This document shows, in pieces, positions 1 through 10,099 of a stretch of DNA of 64,000 nucleotides. The notes beneath the pieces are model-generated. The model had not been told where the DNA came from. It ran no database searches and saw only the letters and a list, made by a program, of their open reading frames with translations. The stretch is from Dehalococcoidia bacterium. GTDB taxonomy: Bacteria > Chloroflexota > Dehalococcoidia > UBA2979. The translations under genes and the position numbers were made by a program. How positions within the stretch are numbered: position 1 is the first letter of the stretch; each line of letters starts with the position of its first letter. The stretch is from the NCBI GenBank assembly GCA_965219085.1, contig OZ244720.1:832001-896000 (forward strand), written 5' to 3'.

Positions 1-8
1 AGGCGCCT

Positions 9-2633
9 GTGGTGACGGGCGAAGTGCGGCCTACCTTCGAAGAGAACGGCAGCACGGCGGCTGCGACGTACACGGCGGACGACCCGGAGCGTGACACGAT
101 CACGTGGACGGTGGACGACACCACCAACTTCTGGATTTCCGAGCAGGGCCAGCTCTACTTCCGCACACCGCCGAGCTTCGAAGGCCAGACGGCGTACCAG
201 GTGACCGTCGCCGCCACCGATGACGACGCAAACACCCCCCTCTCAGACTCACTGTCCGTGACGGTCACGGTGACGGACGCGGAGGAAGAGGGTGTCGTGA
301 CCATCGAGCCGCCCCGCGGCTGGGACGGCACAGTATTCACGGCCGGGCTGGATGACGACGACGGCGGCGTCACGGGCGAGACGTGGCAGTGGGCGCGGTC
401 CTCCAACCGATCGTGCCAGACCAACATCACGAGCGCCACGTCTGACGCCTACACCGCGGATGCCAATGACGTTGGGCAATACCTGTGGGCGACCGTCTCG
501 TACGCAGATGCCGGAGGCGCCGACAAGACGGCCTGTGCAGCGCTGACGGGGCGGATTGAAGACTCGGGCGACAGACCCACAACCAACAACGACCCCGCGT
601 TTGCGGAGACCGCGCCCGAGCGCTCAGTCGGCCAGGGGACGGGCGCAGGACGGAGCGTCGGCGCACCCGTGCGGGCGACCGACGAGGACACGGGTGAGGT
701 GCTCACGTACTCACTCGGCGGGACGCATGCCGCACTCTTCGACATCGACCCGGTCACCGGCCAGATCCGGACGAAGGCCGTCCTGGATTACGACCCTGAG
801 GGGACGAACTCGTACTCGGTGCAGGTACGCGTCCACGATGGCTATGGGCCTGATTATGTGTCCACCGATGTCGGGGTTGACGCCACCATTGAGGTGACCA
901 TCACGGTGACCAGAGTCAGCACGCGGACGCCCACGATCGGTGGCCCCACGGGCGGTGGCGGGCCCTCCGGTCCCTCGCCCAGCGAGCTCGACTTCGAGTG
1001 GACCGTGAAGCACGACATCGAGGCGCTCGCCGCCGCCAACGCGGCCGCCACCGGCGTCTGGTCGGACGGTGAGACGCTGTGGGTGGCCAACAACCCCGAC
1101 GGCGCCGGCGACGGCGTCTACGCCTACGACCTCGAGAGCGGCGAACGCGTCGAGGAGCGCGAGTTCGAGCTCGACGACGCCAACCGCGCGCCGCGCGGCG
1201 TCTGGTCGGACGGCGAGACCGTGTGGGTCTCCGACAGTGGCCGGGACAAGCTCTTTGCACACGACCTCGCCAGCGGCGAGCGGCTCCCCGACTCCGACCT
1301 CACGCTGCACCCCGACAACGACGACCCGCGCGGCCTCTGGTCCGACGGCGAGACGATGTGGGTGCTCGATGGCCGCGACGACGCCCTCTTCGCCTACGAC
1401 CTGGAGAGCGGCCAGTTGCTCGCCGAGTGCGCCCTCGACCCCGCCAACGGCGACCCCCGCGGCCTCTGGTCGGACGGCGTCACGATCTGGGTCTCCGACG
1501 ACGGCGCCAAGCGCCTCTTCGCCTACCGGCTGCCCCTCCTCCCGGAGGAAGCGGAGGACTCGGACGTGGAGGACGCCGATGCGGACGGGAAGGAGCTCGA
1601 GCGCGTCCGCGACGAGGAGTTCACAAAGCTCTCCCGCGCCAGCAACAACAGCCCGCGCGGCATCTGGTCCGACGGCGACGTGATGTACGTCGCCGACGCG
1701 AGCGACGACAAGGTCTACAGCTACAACATGCCCGACGCCATCGACGCCCGGCTTGCGTCGCTTGTGCCGAGCGGCGTCGAGATCGGCGAGTTCTCGCCCG
1801 GCCGGGAGGAGTACGACGGCGTCGCCGACGAGGGCGTGACGGAGACGACGGTCGAGGCCGAGGCCATGCAGCGCCGCACCACCGTCGTCATCGAGCCGCC
1901 CGACGCCGACGACAACGAGGCGAACGGCCACCAGGTGGCGCTCGAGGGAGTCGAGGCGATCACCGTCACCGTCACCTCCGCCGACGACAGCCGCAGGAAG
2001 ACCTACCGCGTGCGCTTCCCCGAGACGGGCTGGGATCCGGCCCGCGATCCCTGGCCACACTGCCTGCGGGGCGCCGTCTCCGAGGGCTTCAGCCTCGTCG
2101 TCTTCGCGGGCGGCAGCGTCGACGACCTCGCCGCATGCGCGGAGAGCCGGGAGATCGTGGCCTTCTACGCCCTGCACGAGGGCGTCTACGTCTCCTACCT
2201 CCTCGTCGCGCCTGACTTCGTCAACGAGCCGTTCCGCGAGCTGTTCGCCGATGGCCTGCCCTCCATCACGCCGCTGCTCGCCGCAAGCAACGGACCGCCC
2301 TCGGCGGACCCCTTCGGCGGCGACCTTGAAGCCGCCGGGCAGCCGTGGCCGCAGTGCCTGCGCGGCGAGATCGCCCCCGGCTTCAGCCTCGTCGTCTTCG
2401 AGGGCGGCAGCATCGAGCAGTTGGTCTCCTGCGCGGAGAGCCGCCACGTCACGGCCCTCTACATCCAGCACAACGGCGAGTGGGTGTCCTACATCCTCGG
2501 GGCGCCGGACTTCGCGAACGTGAGCTTCGTTGAGCTGTACGCCGACGGGCTGCCCGCCGTCACGCCACTGGTCGTCAAGAGCGACGGGCCACCCGCAGGT
2601 GACGCGGACCGCGATGGCTCGGCAAGCAATTGA
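9..2633 (+). CDS. Giant surface protein, 5'-truncated by the window: cadherin/Ig-like repeats, GxWSDGETxWV beta-propeller repeats, cadherin-like sandwich, duplicated C-terminal two-Cys domain
   Basis: Long ORF with strong GC3 bias; cadherin motifs (ATDED, LDYD); about five WSDG repeats; C-terminus paralogous to 32300-33917. Confidence 0.85.
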   Translation: MVTGEVRPTFEENGSTAAATYTADDPERDTITWTVDDTTNFWISEQGQLYFRTPPSFEGQTAYQVTVAATDDDANTPLSDSLSVTVTVTDAEEEGVVTIEPPRGWDGTVFTAGLDDDDGGVTGETWQWARSSNRSCQTNITSATSDAYTADANDVGQYLWATVSYADAGGADKTACAALTGRIEDSGDRPTTNNDPAFAETAPERSVGQGTGAGRSVGAPVRATDEDTGEVLTYSLGGTHAALFDIDPVTGQIRTKAVLDYDPEGTNSYSVQVRVHDGYGPDYVSTDVGVDATIEVTITVTRVSTRTPTIGGPTGGGGPSGPSPSELDFEWTVKHDIEALAAANAAATGVWSDGETLWVANNPDGAGDGVYAYDLESGERVEEREFELDDANRAPRGVWSDGETVWVSDSGRDKLFAHDLASGERLPDSDLTLHPDNDDPRGLWSDGETMWVLDGRDDALFAYDLESGQLLAECALDPANGDPRGLWSDGVTIWVSDDGAKRLFAYRLPLLPEEAEDSDVEDADADGKELERVRDEEFTKLSRASNNSPRGIWSDGDVMYVADASDDKVYSYNMPDAIDARLASLVPSGVEIGEFSPGREEYDGVADEGVTETTVEAEAMQRRTTVVIEPPDADDNEANGHQVALEGVEAITVTVTSADDSRRKTYRVRFPETGWDPARDPWPHCLRGAVSEGFSLVVFAGGSVDDLAACAESREIVAFYALHEGVYVSYLLVAPDFVNEPFRELFADGLPSITPLLAASNGPPSADPFGGDLEAAGQPWPQCLRGEIAPGFSLVVFEGGSIEQLVSCAESRHVTALYIQHNGEWVSYILGAPDFANVSFVELYADGLPAVTPLVVKSDGPPAGDADRDGSASN

Positions 2634-2637
2634 GCCT

Positions 2638-2782
2638 GCATCCCCGGCGGCCTGATGCATGTGGCGCGTTCTATCGCCCGTCACCCCTGACTAGGACCGG
2701 TACGGGCGCCCGCTCTTATCGACTCGACCCTCGGCCAGTTCGCGACGCCCGAGCGTCTCGGCGTCTACAGCAACACCGCCCA
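2638..2782 (+). repeat. Imperfect direct repeat, copy 1 (putative island-end sequence)
   Basis: GCATCCCCGGCGGCCTGATG...GTCACCCCTGACTAGGACCGGTAC...CCAGTTCGCG...GGCGTCTA...CACCGCCCA shared with 5066-5182; this copy has an extra internal segment of about 25 bp. Confidence 0.8.
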
Positions 2783-2922
2783 TCGTCCGCAGCGGTCGTT
2801 TTGGGCTGATTTCGCGCCGGTCGCGAAATCGAAAAACCCAATGTTTCCGGGCTCTACGCCAGCCTCCCGAATGGCTAGTGAGACCCTCATGCCCAGGATT
2901 ATGCATTTTTCATCACCCTGCT

Positions 2923-4484
2923 GAGGCTGTCGCACAAACCCCCGAGCGAGGTGGCATCGCGGTAGGATGAGCATGGCGGCGGGGGCGGAGTGATTCCGGG
3001 GTGCCGCCGTGACCCAGCGCTTCCTGCCGTGCGAGCGTGACCAGCAATACCTGATGCCCGCCAGCCTCCGCGACTGGCTGCCCGAGGACCACCTCGCGTG
3101 GTTCGTGCTCGATGCGGTCAGCCAGCTCGACCTCAGCGCGTTCTACGCGCGCTACCGCGAGGACGGCTGGGGGCGGAAAGCGTACGAGCCGTCGATGATG
3201 GTCGCGCTGCTGCTCTACGCCTACTGCGAGGGCGAGCGCTCGAGCCGCCGGATCGAGCGGCGCTGCCGCGAGGACATCGCCTTCCGCGTGCTGACCGCGA
3301 ACCAGCAGCCCGACCACGCCACGATCTGCCGCTTTCGGCAGCAGCACGAGCAAGCGCTGGCGGGACTGTTCGCCGGGGTGCTCAGGCTGTGCGCCGAGGC
3401 GGGTCTGTTGCGGGTCGGCGTGGTCGCGCTCGACGGCACCAAACTCCGCGCGAACGCCAGCCGTGAGCGCAACCGCACGGATGCGGAGCTTGAGGCCGAG
3501 GTGCGGCGCATCCTCGCCGAGGCGGAGCGGGTGGACGCCGCGGAGCACGCGCGCTTCGGCGACGCGCGGGGCGACGAGTTGCCTGCGGGGTTCAGGGACC
3601 GCGGGGAGCGCCTGCAGCGGCTGCGCGAGGCGCGGGAGCGGCTGGCGGTCCGTGAGCGGGAGCGGCAGGAGGACTACGAGGAACGCCTCAGGAGCCGCGC
3701 GCAGAAGGACCGGCGCGGGCGCCGCCCGCAGCCGCCGCAGCGCGACCCGGGCGCGAAGGTGAACGTCACCGACCCGGACAGCCGCGTGGTGCGCGACTAT
3801 CACGGCTACTTCCAGGGCTACAACGTGCAGGCGGTGACGAGTAGCGACCAGATCATCGTCGCGGCCGAGGTGACACGTGCGGCGACGGACATGCACGAAC
3901 TGCAGCCGATGATCGAGGCAACGAACCGCAACCTGCGGGCCGCACACTGCGGGCCGCCGCGCGTGTTGCTGGCCGACGCCGGCTACTACTCCGAGGCGAA
4001 TGTGCGGCAGGCCGAAGGCAGGGGTCCGGAGCTGCTGATCGCCACCCGCAGCGACCGCAACCGGCGTGGTGCCGCCGCGCCGCCGCGCGGGCGCATCCCG
4101 GCCGGGCTCTCCGTGCGCGAGCGGATGGACCGCAAGCTGGCGACGCAGCGGGGCCAGCGTCTCTACAGGCAGCGGCGCTGGATGATCGAACCCGTCTTCG
4201 GCGACGTCAAGGAGAACCGCGGCATCCGCCGCTTCATGCGGCGCGGGATCGCCACGTGCGCCAGCGAATGGAAGCTGATCGCCGCCACCCACAACCTGAA
4301 GAAGCTCTATCGCCGGGCGCGCCCCTCACCCCGGCCGGCGAACCGCAACCCCCAGCGAGGAGACCGGGCTATCGCCGCGGCCGCCGCGTAGCGCGGCTGC
4401 CCCGCCAGACGCGACCGCTCCGCCCCGACTGCCGGCCGGCTGCCCTTTCGGCACTCCACCCACGCCACTCCGTGCAACAACCTC
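2923..4484 (+). mobile_element. IS1182-family insertion sequence
   Basis: Terminal inverted repeats GAGGCTGTCGCAC / GTGCAACAACCTC bracketing the transposase. Confidence 0.8.
3009..4391 (+). CDS. IS1182-family DDE transposase
   Basis: LPEDHLA, SSRRIE, PDHATI, ALDGTK, TDPDSR, GYNVQ, ADAGY, IEPVFG motifs. Confidence 0.92.
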   Translation: MTQRFLPCERDQQYLMPASLRDWLPEDHLAWFVLDAVSQLDLSAFYARYREDGWGRKAYEPSMMVALLLYAYCEGERSSRRIERRCREDIAFRVLTANQQPDHATICRFRQQHEQALAGLFAGVLRLCAEAGLLRVGVVALDGTKLRANASRERNRTDAELEAEVRRILAEAERVDAAEHARFGDARGDELPAGFRDRGERLQRLREARERLAVRERERQEDYEERLRSRAQKDRRGRRPQPPQRDPGAKVNVTDPDSRVVRDYHGYFQGYNVQAVTSSDQIIVAAEVTRAATDMHELQPMIEATNRNLRAAHCGPPRVLLADAGYYSEANVRQAEGRGPELLIATRSDRNRRGAAAPPRGRIPAGLSVRERMDRKLATQRGQRLYRQRRWMIEPVFGDVKENRGIRRFMRRGIATCASEWKLIAATHNLKKLYRRARPSPRPANRNPQRGDRAIAAAAA

Positions 4485-4574
4485 AGCTAGGTGCCGGGGC
4501 TTCTGTTGCCCGAAAGCTGAGGCCCCGGTACGACTGCGGATGAGGGACTGACTCGGAGTAGGCGAGACTGAAGC

Positions 4575-4859
4575 ATGAATCTGCGGTTCCACATCGACCC
4601 CGACACGGGCGACCTCCACATCTACCGGCATGGGGTGCGCGAGCAGGAAGTCGAGGACGTCATGGCGTCCCCAGCTGAGGATGTGCCGGGGCGGGGCAAC
4701 TCGCGCCTCACCATCGGGCAGACGCTCGGCGGACGCTACCTTCTGGTAGTGTATGTGCGAGACCCGGAGCCAGACAGCGCGTTCGTCATCACCGCCTACG
4801 AGTTGTCCGGCAACGCCCTCGGCGCTTTCCGGCGGCGGAGGCGGAGGAGACAACGATGA
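4575..4859 (+). CDS. DUF4258/BrnT-like putative toxin
   Basis: 94 aa; HGV..EVE, GQT..GRYL.VVY, VITAY pattern; overlaps next gene (ATGA). Confidence 0.7.
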   Translation: MNLRFHIDPDTGDLHIYRHGVREQEVEDVMASPAEDVPGRGNSRLTIGQTLGGRYLLVVYVRDPEPDSAFVITAYELSGNALGAFRRRRRRRQR

Positions 4860-5083
4860 GCGACACGACAGACAAGTTCCCGCCCGGCTGGGACGAAGAG
4901 TGCGTGCGCGACGTCATTGAGCACTACGAAGGGCAGTCGGACGACGAATTGGCGGCGGAGATCGAGGCCGCCTTCGAGGACAGGTCGCAAACGGTGATGG
5001 TGATCCCAAACGACCTCGTCCCCGCCGTGAGGGCGCTCCTTCCTGAGTCTCCCGATCCCGCGCCGGCATCCCCGGCGGCCTGA
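4856..5083 (+). CDS. Putative antitoxin partner
   Basis: Small acidic 75 aa ORF (FPPGWDEE...HYE.QSDDE) translationally coupled to the toxin. Confidence 0.6.
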   Translation: MSDTTDKFPPGWDEECVRDVIEHYEGQSDDELAAEIEAAFEDRSQTVMVIPNDLVPAVRALLPESPDPAPASPAA

Positions 5084-5182
5084 TGTGGGTGGCTGCTCTG
5101 TCGCCTGTCACCCCTGACTAGGACCGGTACCCTAGCCAGTTCGCGGTACCGAGCGGCTAGGCGTCTATAGAGCCACCGCCCA
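5066..5182 (+). repeat. Imperfect direct repeat, copy 2 (overlaps recombinase 3' end)
   Basis: Matches 2638-2782. Confidence 0.8.
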
Positions 5183-6746
5183 CCTGAAAGTTCGCAGTAC
5201 AGTACGTGTAGGCCCACCAGACTTGACGGTAGACAGTACCGGGCCGTCGAGGGCCACCTCCTCGGCCTTTCCGCCGCGCAGTGGACTGTCGTCCGGCATC
5301 GGGATCGTGTAGCGGATCGTGGCCGCGCCGGGGGCGACGGCGATTTCCTTCACGAACGAGCGGATGAAGGCCTTCGACTCGGTGAGCTCGCTGGTGGCGA
5401 GGAACTCGCTCATCTCCTCCGCGTAGGCGGTGATCGTGTTCACGTCGTCGAGCACCTCACGCCGCTCCGAGAGCGCGTCGCGCGCCTCCGAAGCCGCCTG
5501 CTCCAGCCGCTCGCGCCGCTCCTTGTGCTCGCGCACGCGCGGCAGCACGTCGCTGATGTCCAGCTCGGTCGTCTCCATGAGGTGGTAGAGGCGGTCGAGG
5601 CGGCGGCGCACGTCGGCCAGTTCGGACTCGATCGTCTCGAGTTGTTTGCGCGGCTCGCTGGCGACGCCGTCCATCTCCTCGCCGACGAGGCGCACGAGGT
5701 CGCGGATGTTGGACTCGGTGAGGATATTGGCGCGGATCTGGTCGACCACGAGGCCCTCGAAGCGCCGTGCGTTGGCGGGGGGCGTCGCAGGCCCCCCGGC
5801 CGCGCTTCATCAGCGACTGGCAGACGTAGTAGGAGAACTTGCCGCTCTTGGAGTCCTGCCCCGAGAGTGCGCGGCGACAGCTCTTGCATCGCACGAGCCC
5901 GCTCAGCAGGTAGGAGTTGCCGACGCGGCGGGGGGTGGGCGCGCCTCGGGGCGCGCGAGCGCATGAGCGACTGCACGCGGCTGAACAGCTCCTTCGAGAC
6001 GATCGCCGGGAAGGCGTCCTCGACGCGCACCGGCGGCGCGCCGTCTTTCGCGCCCACGCCCCACAGCAGCGTGCCCGTGTAGACGACGTTCGTGAGCAGG
6101 ATGTGCACGCCGTTCTTCGACCAGGGCCGGCCAGTGGGGTTGGCGATGCCGTCGGCGTTGAGGGTGCGCGCGATCTCGGTGATGCCCTTGCCGGCCTCGG
6201 CGAGGGCGAAGATGCGCTCGACGACGGGGGCGGTGTCGGGGTCCGGCTCCAGCCGGGGCCGCTTCTTGGCGCCATCCTGGACGTGGACCTTCTGGTAGCC
6301 GTAGGGCGTGCGGCTGGCGACCCAGAAGCCGCGCGAGACCGCCTCGCGCATCCCCCGCGCGACCTCTTGCGCAAGATTTTCCGAGTAAAATTCGTCCACG
6401 CTCTCGATGATCGCCTCCATGAGCTTGCCGGTAGGAGAGTCGTCGGCGTGCTCGGTGATGGAGACGACGCGGATGCCGCGGCGTCGCAGCATCGACTTGA
6501 AGGCGACGGCGTGCTCGCGCTTGCGGGTGAAGCGGGAGAACTTCCAGACGAGGATCTCCTCGAAGGGCGCATCGTCGGCGCTCGCCTCGTCCAGCATCTT
6601 GCGGAACTGCGGCCTGTCGGCGACGCGTCCGCTCTCGGCCTCGTCCACGTACTCGCGGGCGACGAGGTAGTTGTTCTTCTCGGCGTAGTCGCGCAGGGCG
6701 CGGAGCTGGGCGGCGATGGAGAGGTCGACATCCTGGCGGTGGCGTA
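5165..6746 (-). pseudogene. Large serine recombinase (resolvase + recombinase + Zn ribbon + coiled coil), inactivated
   Basis: Pieces in three frames: RQDVDLSIAAQL/DEAESG/FSRFTR/PYGY; YLLSGLVRCKSC...YYVC; C-terminal coiled coil. Frameshifts near G-runs at ~5780 and ~5930; the YARVSS catalytic motif is reduced to TACGCC|ACCGCCAG. Confidence 0.85.
5209..5219 (+). other. Putative att core resembling a tRNA-Ile 3' end (TAGGCCCACCA)
   Basis: CCA-ending 11-mer lying within the last codons of the serine recombinase. Confidence 0.45.
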
Positions 6747-6790
6747 CTCACACAGTAGCGAGCACTCCCTCCCACCACCCGGATAGAGCG

Positions 6791-6991
6791 ATGCGCACCC
6801 GACCCCGAGGACCCCGACGCCACCTCACCACGGAGCAGGACGAGCAGCGCCTGCGCGGACTGCGCGCCCTCGCGCGGCTGATCGTGCGCGCCCACCTCGC
6901 CGCCGGCGCCGGCGGCGAACCGGGCCGCAACGGCGCGCGCCCCGAGGCGGACCCCGAGCCGCGCGGGGAGGAGGACCGACATGCCGAGTAA
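6791..6991 (+). CDS. Small hypothetical protein, first gene of the island HTH operon
   Basis: ATG-started ORF overlapping the next gene. Confidence 0.5.
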   Translation: MRTRPRGPRRHLTTEQDEQRLRGLRALARLIVRAHLAAGAGGEPGRNGARPEADPEPRGEEDRHAE

Positions 6992-7220
6992 GACCGCCCG
7001 CTCGACGGTCGAGGTCAAACCGCAGGCGATCTGGGAGCGCATGGCGCGCCTCAGCCTGAGCCAGAACGGGCTCGCCCGGCTGCTCGGCATCACCTCCGGC
7101 CACCTCTCGCTGATCCTGAGCGGGCGCAGGCGCCCATCCGCCGCGCTGCGCGCGCGGATGATGCACGTGCTCCGCGCCTCCTTCGACGATCTCTTCTACG
7201 TGGTGCACCCCGATGAGTAG
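6981..7220 (+). CDS. XRE-family HTH protein
   Basis: SQNGLARLLGITSGHLSLILSGRRRP; GGAGG RBS. Confidence 0.8.
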   Translation: MPSKTARSTVEVKPQAIWERMARLSLSQNGLARLLGITSGHLSLILSGRRRPSAALRARMMHVLRASFDDLFYVVHPDE

Positions 7221-7503
7221 GGTGCGGGCCCGGGAGGCGGACTTCCCGCCCGGCGTGGCGCTCATGCCCGAGGACTTCGCGCAGCGGCTCGCGGCGGTCA
7301 GGGAGCGCAGCGAGCTGCCCTGGGAGCGGATGGCGGTCTGCATGGGCGTGGACCCGCGCCAGCTCTGGCGCTGGCGCCACGGCGCCTCGCCCGGGGGCGG
7401 GGCGATGCTCTCGCTCGTGCGCTTCGCGACCCGGGTGCCCGGCGGCCTCGGGGCCTTGCTCGGCGAGGAGTTGACCGTGGTGCGCCCGGAGCGGAGGCGC
7501 TGA
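7213..7503 (+). CDS. HTH-domain protein
   Basis: FAQRL...WERMAVCMGVDPRQLWRWRHG..P. Confidence 0.7.
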   Translation: MSRVRAREADFPPGVALMPEDFAQRLAAVRERSELPWERMAVCMGVDPRQLWRWRHGASPGGGAMLSLVRFATRVPGGLGALLGEELTVVRPERRR

Positions 7504-7845
7504 ATGGGACGCCCGCAGCGCCACGTCTATCGTGTCGAGCCGGCGCGCTTCCCGCCCGACTTCCCCGAGCGCCTCGAGCGCCTGCGGGGCGCGACGGGGC
7601 TGAGCGGGCGCGCCCTGGCGCGGGCGCTGCGCGTCGACGCGCGTACGCTGCGGCGCTGGCGCACGGGCACGAAGCCCGGCCCCGGCCACCTCTACCGGCT
7701 GTTCTGCTTCGCGCTCGAACGCGGGCTCCTGCACTGCCTGCTGCCGCGCGCGGCGGGAGCGTGCATGCGGGCGGGAGAACGCTGCCGAACGCCGCCTCGC
7801 AGCGACGACCAGGCCGGAACTGCAGGTTCAGGAGGCGGACGGTGA
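7504..7845 (+). CDS. HTH-domain protein (paralogue of the previous gene)
   Basis: [35 protein letters not shown]. Confidence 0.7.
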   Translation: MGRPQRHVYRVEPARFPPDFPERLERLRGATGLSGRALARALRVDARTLRRWRTGTKPGPGHLYRLFCFALERGLLHCLLPRAAGACMRAGERCRTPPRSDDQAGTAGSGGGR

Positions 7846-8132
7846 GGAAGTCGAGGCTGCGGAAGAAGCGGATGCGCGAGGTGGTCGGGGCGATTGCCCG
7901 CCACCAGGCCCTGCACGGCTATGCGCCGAGCGTGCGCGAACTGGTGGCGGCGACCGGGTTCTCCTCCACCTCGCACGCGGCGCACTGGCTGCGGGTCTGC
8001 GAGCAGGCGGGGTTGATCGTGCGCGCGCCGTGGCGCGCTCGCGCGATCACGCTGACGGCGGCGGGACGGGCGCTCGCCGGCGCGCTTGCGGAGGCGGAAG
8101 CGCTCCCCGCGGCTGACGGGCGGGTGGCGTAG
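7842..8132 (+). CDS. Stand-alone LexA DNA-binding-domain protein (no peptidase domain)
   Basis: HGYAPSVREL...GFSSTS.AAHWL...ARAI; GGAGG RBS before GTG. Confidence 0.7.
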   Translation: MRKSRLRKKRMREVVGAIARHQALHGYAPSVRELVAATGFSSTSHAAHWLRVCEQAGLIVRAPWRARAITLTAAGRALAGALAEAEALPAADGRVA

Positions 8133-8155
8133 GCGGGCCACCGGCGGCGGCCGCT

Positions 8156-8522
8156 TCAGCGCCCGCCGCGTCCCTGCCTGCGGCGCTCGGCCCGGACGAA
8201 GCGGATGTAGTTGTGGATCGACTCGATGTCCTCCAGGAGCAGGCCTTCCAGGGCGTTGCGGAAGGCGGCCTCCGCCTCCTTGATCCGCTCCCCCTCGATG
8301 GCGTCGCGTCCTTCCAGTTCCTCCGGGCTGGTACCGGTGTGGAAGGCGATCTCGACCAGGTTGTGGCGCAGCGGCCGCATCCGCCCCGCTTCCCAGCACC
8401 AGGCCGTGTGCGGGCGCACGCCGACGAGCTCGGCGAGCCGCTTTCTGGGTGAGGCCGGCGCGGGTGCGGGCCTCGCGGATGCGCGCCCCGAACGCCTTCC
8501 AGCGATACCCGTCGTCGCTCAT
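8156..8522 (-). pseudogene. XRE-family repressor, frameshifted
   Basis: GARIREARTRAGLTQK continues in another frame as LAELVGV...WEAGRMRP. Confidence 0.7.
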
Positions 8523-9034
8523 CCCCGTGCTCCCGGCGTCTCCCCGCGCCTACCAGCATAGAACGTGCGTTTCGCGCGATGCATCCCGCCGCTGCCAGCG
8601 GCAGCTTCCGTTGCCGCACCCAGACCCGTGTGCCCCTCGTTGAGGGTTCACCGTTGGTGACGGTCTGGCTTGCCAAAAACTTGCTCGAGCGTGTCGACGC
8701 GCCGGTCTACGCTGGCCCTGAGGACACCCTGACGGAGCGCAGACCATGCCTCTCGGTGACCGCGAGGACGCCACCGAGGTTGACGCCGGGATCGAGCGGG
8801 TCTTCCGCGCACCGTCCGAGGAACGCACGGCCGCGATTTCGGCGGCTGTTCGTCGAAGCGCCGGACTTCAACCCCGCCCAAGGCAGCCTGAGCCTCTCCG
8901 GCACGCCCGTCGGCGTCGAGTTGCCGGACGCCGCAGAGCGCGTGGCGGCGCTTGAGGGGGTGCATGTCCTGGAAGGCGAGGCGGCCATCTTCGTCACACT
9001 CCCGCATCGCAGGCGTGCGCGGGGAGAACCAGCC

Positions 9035-9290
9035 ATGACCACAGCCGTGAAGGCCACTACGCGAACGGCGTGCTTACACCCTCGGGAGCCCCTCGACCTC
9101 GAGGAGGGCAAGGAGGTGACGCTGTCGATCGAGGACGCGGCGTCGCCCAGGCGAGGGCTGGCTGGAATCGTTGAGGCGGTCCAGGAACTCCACACGACCC
9201 ATCCCGCCGGACGCGTGGGATGGTCTGCTGGCGGATGGCGCCACGAACTACAAGCACTACCTGTACGGCAGCCCGAAGGAAGAGGACTGA
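9035..9290 (+). pseudogene. DUF104/AF2212-like antitoxin remnant
   Basis: PREPLDLEEGKEVTLSI, then a shifted frame ending ADGATNYKHYLYG.PKEED. Confidence 0.55.
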
Positions 9291-9350
9291 TGAGAGTGAT
9301 CTTCGCGGACGCCGGCTACTGGATCGCGCGGTGGAATCCGGGGGACGCAG
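9290..9350 (+). pseudogene. Truncated VapC/PIN toxin N-terminus
   Basis: MRVIFADAGYWIA..NPGD, coupled to the antitoxin stop, then breaks off. Confidence 0.5.
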
Positions 9351-10099
9351 GGCCGCATGAACGGGGGAGGCCGCCGCCCTGCTTGCCGAAGGGTGGCGGC
9401 CTCCCCGGGTCGGCGGTCGGCGTGAAGATCCTCCGAGGACGCTCGTGACGCCGGGGCCGTCCTGCTCGTTCCGCGTTGCCGACGGCGACGAAGGTCGCCT
9501 ACGGCGTGGCCGGGGTGTTGATGTGGTACCAGCGCGAGCGCTCGCTCACCCCGTACTCGTTGATGGCCCTGATGCGATAGGTGTACGTGAGGCTGGCCGC
9601 CACCGTGTCGTCGGTGTAGGTGGTCGCGGCGCTGCCCGTGTCCGCGACCAAGACACTGAAGTCGCCCCCGGTATTGTTCTCGCGGACGCGCCTCAGGATG
9701 ACGTAGCCGGTGATGGAGTCGTCGCCGGGGTCGTCCCAGGTGAGCACGACCGGGCCGTTGGTCGCCGTTGCTTCGAGGCCCGTGGGCTTGTCGGGTACGG
9801 GGGCTGCCGGAGTGTCGATGTGGGACCAGCGCGAGCGTTCACTCGTGCCGGCCCCGTTGCTGGCCTTAATGCGGTAGGTATAGCGAGTCTCAGCCGCCAC
9901 CGTGTCGTCGGTGTAGGTCAGCGCCGCCGTGCCGGTGTCCGCCACCAGCTCATCGAAGTGGCCCTCCGGGTCGACCCCGGGAATGCGGCGCAGGATGACG
10001 TAGCCGGTGATCGTGTCGTCGCCGGGGTCGTCCCAGGTGAGGGTCACCGAGTCATGCGACGCCGTGGCGGAGAGGTTCTTGGGCTTGTCGGGCGGCTCC

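Noticed and set aside
2148-2509. Diversity-generating retroelement template/variable pair with 33459-33820
   Set aside because: No reverse transcriptase in the window, and the few differences are not adenine-specific
711-2684. Long antisense ORFs (also 11239-14301, 30600-34124, 40136-42103, 16230-17417)
   Set aside because: Shadow ORFs opposite real high-GC genes; no recognisable motifs
5200-5219. tRNA gene
   Set aside because: Only an 11-nt 3'-end match; no T-arm or cloverleaf
8746-9000. Fragment resembling the N-terminus of a type IIG/Eco57I-like RM gene
   Set aside because: Too short and frameshifted; no catalytic motif visible
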